Source: Leucoraja ocellata
Lineage: Eukaryota
Direction of reading: 5' to 3'
Assembly (NCBI GenBank): GCA_036785375.1
Contig: JAWMAR010000567.1
Coordinates: 806,001-870,000, forward strand
DNA: 64,000 nucleotides
Shown here in pieces: positions 1 to 14,539 of this stretch. The position numbers were made by a program, and so were the translations under genes. Each line of letters opens with the position of its first letter. The stretch's first letter is position 1. The notes beneath the pieces were generated by a model. That model made no database searches, was not told the DNA's origin, and worked only from the letters and a program-made list of their open reading frames with translations.

Positions 1-959
1 TATGGAAGACTCCAGGAAAAAATCAAGGGAGCAGTGAGATGGGTGGAGAAATGACAGAAGCAATTCAAACCGACAAAGTTAAAGGTAAGGTGTTGTGGGA
101 GAGGAAACAAGACAATGGATCCTAAAACATGTGGAACAGGGTAGAAATCTTGGTGTGCACATCCATGAATGACTGGTGGTAGCAGGACAAGCACACGTCA
201 TGTTTTCCTGTATTGTGCGAGGTGGTTGTGGGGGAAAGGTGATAAGAGGAGCAACAGGGTTGGGACAGGTAGGAACAATGAAAAACATGTTCATTTATAG
301 CTGGAACATTGTAATGGTATTTCAGAGGATGTAGAGGAAATTTGCAAGGATTACACGATTGAAAAAAGTTAATTATGGATAAAATATGGTTAGGTTTAGA
401 TTCAACAGTTTTTTTTCAGTTGGCCTGAACATGAGGGGAAAAATAGATTGGAACAGCTAACAATGGCCTGTTTCCTTTATCACCGTTGCTTCTTTTGCAT
501 ATCTTTCATTCATTTGTTCTGTATCTCTCTACATCACCGTCTATGTCTCTTGTTTTCCTTTCCCCTGACTCTAGTCTGAAGAGGGTCTTGATACAAAATG
601 TTACCCATTCCATCTCTCCATAGATGCTGTCTGTCCTGTTGAGTTACTCCAGCATTGTGTGTCTATCCGGTTTAAACCAGCATCTTCAGTTCCTTCCTAC
701 ACATTCCTCCGTTGGAAATTTGTTTTTTTCAATTCCGTTATTTGTTTTGAAAGATGATAATGGTGGGGGTGGGTTGGGGAGGGGAGGAGGTAAAATTACA
801 AGATTGAACTTGGTCAGTAAATGGTATTGTGCAAAAAAATGTAAATCAAAAATAGTTCTTAAAGGGAAAATAACTTAGTGGCATCAAACAAGTAATGAAT
901 TCAACTTAATGTATTAATCTTATTCGTATTTTGTAAAATTTTGTCTTTCTCTCCAACAG

Positions 960-1071
960 AGACAGGGTGATTGGTCTAATGATGACAGCTTGTGATCTCT
1001 GCTCCGTCACCAAGTTATGGCCAGTTACCAGGGCAACAACCAATGATATATATTCTGAATTCTGGGGAGAG
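960..1071 (+). CDS. PDE10A-like: PDE10A-like cyclic nucleotide phosphodiesterase, internal catalytic-domain exon (upstream exons are outside the window)
   Basis: Acceptor ctccaacAG|A and donor GAG|GTATTT. Translates (R)[37 protein letters not shown], matching the PDE10A catalytic motif [11 protein letters not shown]. Confidence 0.93.
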
Positions 1072-4000
1072 GTATTTGCCTAATCTGATTTACTAGTACG
1101 ATGAAGACATCAACTAGATCCTGTCAGAGTATATTGAAAATGAGATAATGTAATGCCTCTATATCTTAGTCGTGAAACTCAAGTAACACATGAATAATTA
1201 CCATAAAAACAGTTGATGCCTCCAGATTAGCAAGGAGTGGCCTATGAAGAATGCCATGGCAAAGCCCATGTCCTGATGCCCCATTCGCACTTGCATCCTG
1301 TGCTCTCTAGATTTGCTTGTCAGAAGGCCGGCGCCTCCAGTGTGATGCCTTTCTTTCAATCCACCAGATATCAATAATGGGCCTGAATGTCCAACTTGTC
1401 ATTCAACGGCACTTTAGTGTGTGGTAATGGCCACATGGCACACTACTCATCCACCCTGTTGAATTTCTCCATGCCTCCCTTCAGTGAATCCCATGCTGCA
1501 CTGGTGTATGGTATATTCATTGGTGTATGTGACCAACCCTCACATGTACTGATGACACCAATACCCAGAACTCTTCAACTTTACAGGCAACACCTAATAT
1601 CTAGAATCTTTTACTGACGAACGTGGGAATAAAATTATAATATGAGTTGAATGAACTTTAATTGATTGGGGTTTTAGAATCTAAGCCATATCCAGGGTGG
1701 ATAAAATCAAATGATTAAGATATTTTGTACGATTTCTGCAATTGTTATAAAGAAATAGTAATGAGCAACACAAGAAATGTCAGCGATCATGAGCACTTGG
1801 CACATGCAAATCTGTTGAATTGTCAGAAGCTGCAGCTCCTTGAGGAAAGATCCAATTTAGTTTGAAAATTCTGTTTACCCCAGGTAAAACCAGCCAGAAC
1901 ATCAATGTCTATGTGCTGCCCATTCCACCCATGGTTGTTGAAGTAAAGCATTACAGTACATCCCTACAGCACACAGCTAGTTCTAGATTAAGGTTAGACA
2001 TTGTGTTTGGGTTTTGACTGGAGTAGACTATGCTGAGTTATTGAAAAAACATTGCCAAAATTAGCAATTTATACTGTGCTTTAAAAACAATTCCCAGGTG
2101 TTTTGCTGGTGCTTCTGTCAGCAATTTGGTCAAATTTGATGATTCAAACATCAGACTTGGATTGGACCATTGCCCCATAATTCAAAATCCATTGGGATGT
2201 GGCTTTAAGACTCAGTATTAATTTATACGTCCAAATCGTACGAGCACCTATGGAGCAGATACTACTTAAACTGACTGCAAATCTCCATCAATATTGTTTG
2301 AAATCAATACAGATAATCAATTTCTCAGAGATAATGTTTTGCTCAGTGTTAGTTATTGACAGAACATCACTGTCAGACTGGTAAACTGTTTATTTAATGT
2401 GACTCAATAAATATTTTAAGTGATTTTATCGACCCCTCAGATGAGTAAGAGCGCTATTCAGTGTGGTCCAAAGCCAAACAAACTAGAAATGTCCATGTTT
2501 AATTCTCAGTCCATCATTCTTCAGACCTAGCACCAGAAAGAATTATATGATTGCATTTAGCATTCTTGGGCTTGAGCCTGAGCACTTCACTTTAATCGCT
2601 ATTTAATACTAGGAATTTTCAGCAAGGAGATTACGTGGTGACCCATGTAAGTAAACTTCCTGGGCTTTGATATATGTGGATTACCAGAGTTGGAAAAAAC
2701 ATTGTATCCTAGAAGTGTAACAATCCAATGATTGAAATTCAAGACACTTCGTGTCAGCTGTGGAATTTAAGTTCAGTTAATAATATGAGATTGTTTTGAA
2801 AGAAATAAAGCATTAGGTGACCATGAACCTACTGGATTTTCCTTTTAAAAAAAAAAAAAAAAATCAATTTGCTTCGCCCTTTGAAGATATCAGCTACCCT
2901 TACCTGCTACACTGGTCTATATGCGATTCTAGACCTTTCTTAAATGTACCCAGTTAAAGAAGGAAAACAGTACAACTAAATGAGCCACCTCGGATCAACT
3001 GAGACACTGAATTCGAACATGCCAAAGGACCTTGCAAAGTCCTTCTTGCAAACATCTGTTGCCTGCTTTCAAAATTGGAGGAGCTAATCACAGATTTATC
3101 AAACAATGGTCTGACTTAATTGTTCGTGCAAAATCAAATCTTAGAGACAAGTAGCAGAATCCTCCACCACAACCTTGTGGATATGCACTGACAATACTGA
3201 CTCACTGGAGTTGGTCGGACTGTGTTAAACTGACAGGAAGCAGCAGCCCTGGGAATTGATTCTGGATCCCATGACATCTCAGGGTATCAGGTCAGGAAAT
3301 CACCAATTACCACTTACAGTGCTCCCTCTCCTTTTGAATCAGTGATCTTTTCTGTTGAACAGAATTGGAAGTAGCATTTAAAGTGGGAAAGTTATCAAAT
3401 GTTCATTAAAAGTCAACATTTCTGTCACTGAAGGACACTGAAACTTTCACAGACAGGTTTGTGTCCGAGAGTGATAAACCTATTTGCCTTCATCTTTCAC
3501 TATTTACTGGTGATCGATGTGAAATGTTATGAGACGAAGGGCACACTTTTAAAAAGTAATAAATAAATACATACAATTGACTCACCACTTAAATCTTGCC
3601 AGTTAAAAATTGTCCTCCAGTGGGTCTTCACAAAAGCAGGACAAATCCAGTGCTGTGAATTTTCACCTAATTCATTTTTCTCAATCATTTAAAAGGTGAT
3701 CATAGATAGTGCTGCCATGCAGCACTTCACCACGAATAATCTGATCACCATTGTTAAGCTTGCGTTTGTCCTGGACCACCGGTGCAGTGCCAGAGCTTGT
3801 CATAGTCTGATTTAAACATATACTAAAGAGCTGAATTCCAGCATTTGATCATGAATGAGATCAAGGTATTTGACTGAATGTGAAATTCATGGGTATCAAG
3901 AGAAGAAGCATCGAATGATTGGAATTGTACATCACACAAGAAGTTGGTAATGATTGTTAAAAATGATCACACCCTCAGGACATCACTGCAGGAGTTTTTT

Positions 4001-7000
4001 CTTGGCCAGCGACTTCACCCATTTTATCAACAGTCTTCCATCAATCATAGAATCAGAAGTGGGAACGGAACATTCCTTGATGAGTGCACCATGTTCGCGA
4101 TTCCTCAGGAAATGAAGCAATTTGTTCGTGCGTGCAGCTAGTCCTACACGGCTTCTAGACAAATGTGGATATGGGCGAAATATGTGTAAATGCTGCCACA
4201 AAAGTACTCGGGCCATCATCATCTCCAGCAAAAGTTTAACTATCTACCTTTGACATTCACCAAGTCCCTCATTGTCAATACCAGTGACTAGAAATTTAAC
4301 TGGACAAGCAGCAAAGGCTGGGTCTGCTGTGGTGAAAGGCTCACCATCTGAGACTCCAAAGCTATCCATTACCTACAAGGTACAACACAGGAGTGAGTGA
4401 GGTGGACTATTCTCCATTTGCCTTGTTGAATTAACAGGTCCAATAGCATTCAAGAAGCAGGATAGCATTCAAGATGAATCAACCTGGTTTGTTAATACCC
4501 TTTGCATTGCTCTGTACATTCACTCTGCCATTAGTGCTATTTGGCTTTGGGGTATTACATCAACATACAACACTGCAGTCACTCATCTGCCAGCACCCCT
4601 AAAAGATGTAATATCTATCATCACAAAGGCAGAGGTTGGCAGGTGCACTGGAATATTTGCACCTGCATTTTTCACTCAAATTGCACATCATTCTGACTTG
4701 GAAATATACTTTAAAAAAAAAATCTGATTTTGATCCATCAAGGCCAGACCCCTCTGTAACAACATTTTGGGTGTACCTTCAGAAGGACCGTAGAAGACGG
4801 TTCAGCCGGAGCAATTAGGTTGGGCAATAATTTCTGGCTACATGCAGAAAAATATGAATAAATGACATGAATGGAACATTCAGGAAAGGACATAGGAGGT
4901 GGGTGGAATCGGTAAATTTTGGAGATACTGATAGTGTTAAATATCCGAGCGAAGGATGTACATGGAGAAAAAATATGGATAAGGCCAACAATGTGACTGA
5001 GTTGTGGACAGACATACAATTGCAGTAAAGTATATATTTTTTCGTGAATAGCAGTGATTTGCAAATCAAATACTGCAGATGCTGAAAATCTTAGATAAAA
5101 GCAGAAATGCTGGAGCCATCCAGCAGTTCAGGCTGCATCTGTGGAAAGGCAAATGGAGTTCAGGTTTTGGGTTAAAATCCCACCCACCCCCTTTCCTCAT
5201 GCCCCTCTCTCTTACTAGATGAATTTATCAACCAGATGGCTTCATCAGCAGAAATTATCACATCAATCCTGGCCTTTCCCTGTCACAAATGCTACCGTTG
5301 TTCTATGCAACCCTCCTCTACTGCAACTTAAAACCAAGTTGTTTTATCAGTCCCAGTCTACTGAAGGATTTTCAACTAGAAACATTAGCTTTGTTTCTCT
5401 TTCCTCAGAAGCTGCCCAGACCAGCATTTTCTGTTATTGGTCATTTGCAACAGTCATTTGTCATACTCATTTTGTTGTTGTGTTAGTGGGACGGATTATA
5501 CCAAAGGTTTATTAAACTTTTAACAAATACTAGTTGCTCCTCCCTGCCAGGCCAGGCCAACTCCACAAAACTCTTCAGGCATGCCACCACAGCTACCACC
5601 CCCCCCCCCCCCCCCCCCCCTCCCGTTATTGTGTCCAGGCACATCAATCTCTTAACAAGTTCGCCTCTCAAGCTGCTGCTGGGTCTCGGTCATCTCTGGA
5701 TATCCAAGGAGATTTACTGTGAATAGAAGAGAGTGAGTGAGTCAGTTTACGGAGAGAGCTGGGCAGTACTAGATACAAATGGCTTTTGCTGAATTAGTAT
5801 GGTAGTAGGCCAGTGTTGCAGAATATTAGAATTGCTGGATGTTGACTTGGCTTAGAGTCTGGAGGACCTGCATTGACTGCATTTGAGGATGAAGTGGCTG
5901 TGAGATCAGGGTTGAGATGGAGCCAAAGTATATAAGTGAAGAGCGGATCCACATAGTCATGCAGAGGACAGTACATTCAAAAAGAATGATAGAAATATGA
6001 CACATTTTGCGATTGCCTAACGTAGCTGTGACAGGTTCTGACACCTGAAAGTAGTTATGATGGAATAGCATTGGTTAAGGCATCAGTAGAAGTGAGAAAA
6101 GTTGGGGAACATGCTAAAAGAGGGACACTCAAACAGGAAGTTGAATAGCACAAGCCAAAGCGCACCATCATTCTTACCTGGGACCAGATTAATAGTACCA
6201 TGGTTTCCCTATGTGCAAGCTTTAATGACACATTTCAGAATGTTGTTGGCAAGGAGGTGAGGATGAGAACATAAAGTGTACAGTTGGAAAACGACAGGAA
6301 TGAACACAGTAATGTGAGCAGTTCTTTTGACTTAGAACTGGAAATAAGTTTGCACTCTGAAGCCACAAGCAAGAACAACTAACGACTCAGTCTGGTGCGA
6401 ATGAGCAGAGGAAGAGAAAAGAAAGAAAATTGAAAGAGAATGTGGACCAGGACTTCGATCATTCAGGTTGCTCACCACATAAGTCGGAGAATTGGTGCTC
6501 TGGAAACTTCATGGTGAGAATATGTAATCCACAATTTAGCAAAATTAAGGACCAGCAGTAATTTAGGCAATGGGAGGTCATGCTCTGGGCAACCAGTGGA
6601 TCATGAGTTATAGCCCAACACACTGAACAGTGGATGAAGTGTGATGTTGGTAGCAGGCTCAAGGTTGCATACCTCAATGCAGTGGATGGAACCACTGCAA
6701 AAGCTAAAAAGGGGAGAAGCAATTGAATGAAAAGAAGTCAGGATATAAAATAGAAAGAGAACAGATAGAGTTTACGAAAAGTCAACCAAAATAGACACAT
6801 TGTAATCATGAATGTTAAAGATGTGCCAAATTAATTATTTAATTATGTTGTCGATAATAACTGGAGTTATTGGTTTGTGTTATATTTCACGTAATAATTG
6901 TCAGAAATTTTAAGTATAGAGCATAATGACGAGTTTTTCAGAAACAACTAAGAAATTGATTAATATTTGGTTAAATATATAAGCACAGAAAAGAAAGACA

Positions 7001-7253
7001 GAACAGAAGACATTCCCATTATTCATCTGGATCATCATTGATCTACTTCAATGCCATTTTCTGCACCACTGCAGCCCTTGATTCTTACGATTTTTGTTTT
7101 TAAGAAATATAAGACCGAGCCCCTGCAACTCTGTACGGTGGTGAATATCAAAAGTTCACTGCTCTCTGCATGAAAAACAAATGTTGCCTTTTCTCTGTAT
7201 TAAATGGTCAATCCTGTGTTCTGTGACAGTGACTTCTTGTTCTGGACTCCTTA

Positions 7254-7450
7254 AGGGCCTGTCCTCCTATCTGATTTTTTCGGCGACTGACGGCAGTCAC
7301 CGCTGGATTTTGAACATTTTAAAATCCAGCGGCGACAAAAAAAATGTTGCGACACCTGAGGAAACACAGAGCGTCAATACGTCATCACGCCGATACATCA
7401 GACAATGATGCTGGCAGTCGCCGAAAAAATCAGCAAATGGGACAGTCCCT
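7254..7450. mobile_element. PIF/Harbinger-type MITE
   Basis: TIRs AGGGCCTGTCC / GGACAGTCCCT, TTA TSD on both sides, internal inverted repeats. Confidence 0.78.
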
Positions 7451-8976
7451 TTAGTCAGGGTACATACCTTCCTGCAACCAGCCAGTAAAGACCTGCAAGA
7501 ATTTCTAATGTCCAAATTTTTAATTTCTGAATTCAAATTTGTAATAATTAACTGGCAAGATTTAAGTGGTGAGTTAATTGTATGTATTTATTTATTACTT
7601 TTTAAAGTGTGCCCTTAGTCTCATAACATTTTTTACGCTGCTTACGAACACAACTAATAAAGACATTTGCACTCTGGAAGATACCTTTAAGAATTGAATA
7701 CACTGTATCTACATTATGCATGTATATTTTACATTGCTGTAATCAATGCATCTCCCATTATCCACTCTGGCTAAGCTGGCAGCTTGGTTATCAACATAAC
7801 ATTGGGGCTATCAGTAAAATCTAATGTGTTACTGAAAGGAAGTGTGAGATGACTTGTAAGATGCTTTGAGGTGTCTCTTTTCCCATCCTCAGACTCAAAA
7901 CAATTATGTGTTTATTAGCACCAATCTAATATAAAAATACCAGAGTTTCGTCTCTGATTTCTATCCATAGATTCCTACTGAAATGTAAAACTGCAAATCT
8001 TTAGTGAGAAAAACATTGATGTAAATTTTAATGGTTTATTGATATCCAACAGACGTTCAGATGAATCTTAACCCAAACTCACGGATATAATATCTCACTC
8101 ATCTAACAGGCTTAGTGAGATATGATATTCATGAAAATCTCAGTCCTTGCAACAACCAACCCACAAAGCAAGAAGGTACTGTAAACTAATGTCGAGGTTG
8201 AGGAGCAGCTTTGTCCTTATAACCATTAGGTTATTGAAAGCTACAACCTCCAAATAGGCTCTGAACTATATAGACTTGGGGACATTGTTTATTTATTGGT
8301 TTTATACAATTACTGTTTACTTATTTGTAAGAATTTCATTGTTCCGTTTCGGGACATATGACAATAAAACACTCTTGACTTGACCTTTGGCAGGCAATTT
8401 ACACTCGGGAAGTGACTTGACCAATTAAGTATTCGAATGAGGCTGTGTGACTTGGATTTAATTTATTTTATCATTTTCACTGAGACAGCTGGGTTTTGCA
8501 GGCATTGGGAGCTCAGCAGCAGAAGAAGTCAGAAGAGCTTTGAGAGGAAGTCCTCCCCCAGCACCACTTCCCCCTCTCTGCAGACAAGTATCAGACCTCA
8601 ATTCTTCCACTGCCAGGCAACAAGTTGCATGTTTTGTGGAGTGCACCTTCCCCAACTGTAAGCTTGTCAGTCGGGTGGGATCTGCCAAACCAGCAAGTGC
8701 TTTCAAAGTCAAAGTTCAGCGGCATGCATATAAAATCTAATTTCCCCCAGAACTCTTGCATTCTTCCCCCGTGGCCATTTACCTCACTCCTTGTCCCAAT
8801 TACTTAAGTGTCTTTGCCAATAGAGAGGCAGTTATAACAATGTTTTACTTCCATAGGTTCAATAATAATTCTGTACAAAATTATTTTTTATACTTTCAGT
8901 TTTTAGAAAAGTAGAATGGTTATGAGATATAAATCCAATTTATGTCAATTTAATCTGAATAATATTCTATATACAG

Positions 8977-9057
8977 GGTGACGAGATGAAAAAAGTAGGA
9001 ATACAGCCCATACCCATGATGGACAGGGAGAAAATTGATGAAATTCCTGACGGCCAG
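8977..9057 (+). CDS. PDE10A-like: PDE10A-like exon (81 nt)
   Basis: atacAG|GGT...CAG|GTAAAT. Encodes [27 protein letters not shown], in phase 0 with the previous exon, and ends in the invariant PDE Gln. Confidence 0.93.
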
Positions 9058-9874
9058 GTAAATAATAACCTACTAAATTTGAGAAAGCAAATCAGCTTCA
9101 GAGTAGATTGCTCATTATGTGGGAAATCCACATGGACATTTTAAAGATTAAGGTCTTTATTAACCATCCTAGCTGGCATTTTACCTGAACATCCTTGATA
9201 ATAATTTAATATTGTATTAATATGATTGTTCCAAGTTGATTTGTTTGCTGTACATGAGCTGGATACTTTAGATCACATCAAATTCTTGATTTTCTCTTGT
9301 GAAAAGAAGTTGTTTCTTTTTTACACATCAAATCTGGGAATCATATATATCACAAAGGTAAGATATTCAATACTGCATCCTACTTCAGGTGGAATCTGTG
9401 CAATACAAGTTGATAGTAGTTATATCGAGGCAGCTTCAATTACAACATCTAGATTTTATAATCAAGAAATCTATTAGCTCAATAACTATTCTTTAGCCTA
9501 AGAATATATGTGACAGAAGCAGGAATAGATTGTATGGCCCTTGACCTGGTTGTATCATCCAATCTTTCATGTAGAAATGTTCAAAGATTTACAATTCTTC
9601 AAGTAAATACATTTCTCACATCTGCATAAGGTATCCATCAAATTAATTGAAGACTGGATCAATACTTTCCCCCTGTAAATGAGTTATAAGAAATACTGAG
9701 TAGCACAGGATCAGATAATCTGGATAGGGGGCTTGGGATATCTATCAAATTAATTGAGGACTGGCTTCTGGATCTGTTTGCGATCTCAAGAGGAAAATCC
9801 ACCCCAGTATCCATTTAGTATCACCCTCCCTTGTCCAAGATAGTCAGATCCAGAAAGGCATAGCTGTCTGTACC

Positions 9875-10425
9875 AGAAGTCATGATGTAGCTCTATAAGA
9901 CTTTGGTTGGGCTGTGTTTGGATAGTTGTGTGCAATTCTGGTCACCCCATTACAGGAAAGACATGGAATCTTTGGAGAGAGTGCAGAAGAGATTTACCAA
10001 AATGCTGCCTGGGTTAGGGGGTGTTGGATAAACCTGGATTGCTTTCTCTAGAATGCGCTGGAATCCTTCCCTGAATAGAGGGAGACCTGATGGAAGTATA
10101 TAAAATTATAAGAGGCATACATAGGGTGGACAGTCTGAATCTATTTCCCAGAATGTAAATGACAAAGACTAGAGTGTTTAGATTTAAAGTTAGATGGATA
10201 AAGTTTAAGGGAGAGGTGTGGAGCATCCATTTTACCCAGAGAGTGGTGGGTGCCTGTAAATCGCTGCCAATGGTGGCAATGGACCATTTAAGAGGCTGTT
10301 AGATATGGTTTTGCCGCAAACAAAGGGATATGGGTCATGTGCGGGCAGAGGGGATTTATTTCACTTGACATCATGCTCGGCACAGACAATGTGGGCTGAA
10401 GCACCTGTTCCTGCGCTGTATAGTG
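9875..10425 (+). mobile_element. Old degenerate CR1 3' fragment
   Basis: CVQFWSPHYRKD...LERVQKRFTKMLPG and RGDLMEVYKII remnants. Confidence 0.75.
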
Positions 10426-11536
10426 TTTTGGGGTCTATGAGAAACTATGGAAAATTGCCAAGGCAGGTACCATCTACAAAGAAAGGACAGCTCAATGCAA
10501 TCTGTCTACTCTCAATTATCAACAGTGCAATGAAAGGTACTGAGGGTATTATCATGTAACACTTATTCCACAGAAAGTCGTACATCAATGTTCAATGTGG
10601 GTTTCAGCATAATCATACGGTGACACAGCAGTGGTGCTGGATTCAATTCTAACCTCAAGTGTGGTGTTTGCAGTGTTGCACATTCCTCTTTCAATGTGAT
10701 GGCACGTTCCTCTTTGCCAGAGTATCCTCTTTGTGATCTGGTTTCATCCCACGTCCCAATGGCATTCTAGTAGGGTAACTGGATACTGTAAATTACCCCT
10801 TAGTGTGTGTTATCACTGAAAGAATCAAAAGGGTTTGTTAGATTCATGGTCAGGTCGGGGGGAGTTCCCCCCCGCCACGGGTACCGTGTAATCTCGTGCT
10901 ACGGACAAGTTCAGCACGGATGGCCTGTTTCGTGCTGTAATTGTTATATGTTATATACCCGCTCCATGGTCGGATAGTCAGTGACTAAACCGTTTCCCCC
11001 ACCTGGTTTGCCAGGTGAGGAGGGGGCTGTGGACCCCCAGCAGGACCAGAAACAAGACGTCAAAGGGCAGATGAGCTCCTAGCCATCCACACTTCAGTAG
11101 AAGTTGCGATCACTGTCGTACATAGCATTGTAAGGCTGATGTTTTCAACAATGATGATGATGATTGTTAGATTGACCTATATGTGACAGAATAAGTTTCA
11201 AGGATACACGAAAATAAGGAGAGTGGAAATGGGGCCTGGGAGTCAGCATAGATCTAGTGAGCCAAATGGCCTCCTTTTATTGTATAGGCGCTCTGCTCCT
11301 GATCGAATCACAGCTTTGGTTTAAACATGGGCCAAAGACCTAAAATCCAAAGAAAAAATAAGAGTGGGTGCTGTTAGCACCAAAGTAGCATTTGACCGAG
11401 TATACCATCTAAGGAGTCCTGATAAAACAAGGTCAGTGAGCATCAAAGGAAAAATATTCTGATGGTCAGGAAAGTGTGTGATTGTTGTTCACCCCAGCCC
11501 ATTACCGTCATATTTTTTTGTCATTTGAAATACTAT

Positions 11537-11824
11537 AACCATATAACAATTACAGCACGGAAACAGGCCATATCGGCCCTACAAGTCCGTGCCGAACAAT
11601 TATTTTCCCTTAGTCCCACCTGCCTGCACTCATACCATAACCCTCCATTCCCTTCTCATCCATATGCCTATCCAATTTATTTTTAAATGATACCAACGAA
11701 CCTGCCTCCACCACTTCCACTGGAAGCTCATTCCACACCGCTACCACTCTCTGAGTAAAGAAGTTCCCCCTCATGTTATCCCTAAACTTCTGTCCCTTAA
11801 TTCTGAAGTCATGTCCTCTTGTCC
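11537..11824 (-). mobile_element. Short 3' fragment of the same CR1 family
   Basis: Matches the 3' end of the 14540 copy. TSD AATACTAT (11529-11536 and 11825-11832). Confidence 0.9.
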
Positions 11825-12841
11825 AATACTATGCCATACTACCTGTGAATTCAACCAATCCAGTATCCAAAACTTGAAATTAAGTGACCAAGATTACTAA
11901 ATATGGTAAAATGCAGCTTATAATGGTGCTAAATACAAATTATATATAGTATTTAACCTTACAAATTGATTTATCCATACTTACCATAGATGATGAAGCT
12001 TTCAAAAATGGTTTGCACTGTAGTTTGGAGAGTACTTTCATCATTGCATGAATGAGTCCCCTGGTAGCTACCTTATAATAACATTTCCTGATGCCGTATG
12101 AATCACTTACCTCATTCAGATGTATTGATCCTGGAGGAGGTGCAGCATAGAATGACATAAAAGTTACAAATAATAAACTAATAGGACAGGTTGCAAAGAC
12201 AATCCTTGTGTTCAAAGGAAATCCTGAGGTGATTTAATCGAGGTGTTGTGTTACTATGATCAAACAAAGTTGACGGGCAGAATAAAGAAAATCTATTTCC
12301 TTTGGTGTGAGTGCCAATAGAATGTAGGCCATAACCTCAAACTTTGAGCTCAGCCATTCACGAATGATGTCAAACAAAGGCTGTTGAGGACATTAATGGG
12401 ACATTTTAAATCAAGTTTTGTTAAGCAGGTTGAGGAATACACAACCTAGACTATCATGAGACAAGTTGATTTTACGCAACTGATGATGTGTTGTTGCAAA
12501 AGTAATCCTGTTCAGTACAAGAGGAGCCACAGGTTCAGATGTTTGTTGTATATGCCTGGCGGAGAAGCCAGTAGTGCAAAGCAACCATCCGTCAGAATCC
12601 CACGTAATTCTACAAGAATCTACAAAGCAAATTCTTTAATTTGCCATTTTTCTCCGGTATTTTGTTCAATGATTCTTTTTCAAAAATATTCTGAAAGGTC
12701 ATTTCAATGAGTTCTGCCTGAGTATGATAAATATTGACCATCATCTAATTGAATGAAGCAACAAGCGTGAGGGTGTAGCTTTTATTCTATTTTTGATTTA
12801 TGATAATTAAAAAAAGACGTCTCCATTTTCCCTTTGCACAG

Positions 12842-12930
12842 GTTGGTTTCTACAATGCTGTAGCCTTGCCTTGCTATCGTACACTTGCAGAGGTCTTTCC
12901 AGCAAGCACTCAGCTGCTAAAAGCTTGCAG
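12842..12930 (+). CDS. PDE10A-like: PDE10A-like exon (89 nt)
   Basis: ttgcacAG|GTT...TGCAG|GTAGGA. Encodes VGFYNAVALPCYRTLAEVFPASTQLLKAC(R). Confidence 0.93.
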
Positions 12931-14334
12931 GTAGGAGTATCCATCGTAGAAAAATAGAAACAGGCTTTCCATTTCTAAATTAGATATTCCAATTCATGCA
13001 ACCCTTTTCTTTCAAATAAATATACAGGTACTTAAATGCAGAAAAAGATTAAAATCAAAAAAATATTTTGTAAGGCTTCTTGTTGTGCTGCTTAAAAGGC
13101 ATATCAATTGTGCTTTCTTAAATATAAGAAATTAATACCAAGTCCTATTGTGGAATAGAAAATGAATAGAAGCAATGAAATGAAGCAAACTTAAAGGATA
13201 GTCTTACAACCACCATTCTTTATTGTATCCAATAAGCTAAACCATTGCAATTGTGGAAAATTCTATACAATTAACACTTTTTTAATTGCAATTATGTGCA
13301 CTCCATATTCATTTGAAGCTATTACTAGAATTAATTTGCTATCTTTCAAGTATTCATACGTCAACAGTGGGAATGATAAAGACGCTGCACTTTATCCAGC
13401 CCCTGCTAAATATTTGAATGTCACATGATTTTAGCATCAAATCATATTCATCATCATAGCATCATACTTAAGCCTGTAGCCTGCAGGTTTTTTTAAAATA
13501 AAGTAAGTCCTGCTTCAAAATCTCTGCCGTTTGCTGATTCCATAACCATACAATCACAGTGCTTTTCCGTTTATTCAGAAATTGGGTATCTGTGAGATTT
13601 TATCAAGTTTTTAAGAGTTTGGAGTATCTGTTCCTTAATCAGTTTTTCACCTATTTAGGTCCAAAATGTTGAAGTAAATCTTGTAAGATGAATAAAGTAG
13701 AAATATGGGAAAAAATCTCAAGGCTTTTTTTTACATGAAACAAAATAATGTGGTTTTGCTGTGATACCAAACTTCAAACTCTGAAGAAGGGTCTCGACCC
13801 AAAACGTCACATATTCCTTTTCTCCAGAGATGCTGCCTAACCCGCTGTGTTACTCCAGCCTTTGTGTCTATCTTTGGTTTAAACCAACATCTGCAGTTCC
13901 TCCCTACATATTCAGACCCAGTTAGTTCATCTCAGATGGGAACTTCAGCAAGATACCGAAGAGACTTTGTAGATGAAGTTGGTTCATTACCATTCCACAA
14001 GCAAAGACTTGGAGAGAAGTTTATTAAGTTCATCACTACCTTGACGGCAAATTGAAGGAGTCATTATAATACAGCCAGCCTGCTTTCTTTTGATACTTTG
14101 AGGAATTTTAACCTCCAAGGCCAGAAAAAAAATGCAGCATTATCTATCCATTTCAGTAAAGGTAAGATTCAATGATTATAATACAGTCATTTAATATATT
14201 TATGGTGGCAGTCTTTCAGTACAACTCTGAAGGTATTACAACAAATTCTCCAAGACAATGGATGGCTAGATCAATTATGCTTTTTTTGGAGGAATATAGA
14301 ATGTTTTGCAAAGTATTATAAATGAAACAAAAGT

Positions 14335-14538
14335 TTCATGGGTTTTCTCCGATATCTTCGGTTTCCTCCCACACTCCAAAGACGTACAGGTTTGTAGATT
14401 AATTGGCTTGAGTTTGTATACTTGGTATAAGTGTAAACTTGTCCCTAGTGTACGTAGGCTTGTGTTAATGTGCGGGTGCGGACTCAGTGGGCCAAAGGGC
14501 CTGTTTCCGCGCTGTATCTCTAAACTAAACTAAACTAA
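14335..14538 (+). mobile_element. HE1/V-SINE-like SINE fragment with (TAAAC)n tail
   Basis: GGTTTCCTCCCACACTCCAAAGACGT central domain and CR1-derived tail GGGCCTGTTTCCGCGCTGTATCTC. Related remnants at about 10620-10810 and 30765-30910. Confidence 0.7.
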
Positions 14539-14539
14539 T

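Noticed and set aside
2700-4700. Possible ancient SINE plus LINE remnant
   Set aside because: It resembles decayed shark-type repeats but is too degenerate to give defensible boundaries or a family.
10956-11100. HDV-like ribozyme in the structured insert
   Set aside because: I could not assign the P1/P2/P3 nested pseudoknot by eye; only simple hairpins are evident.
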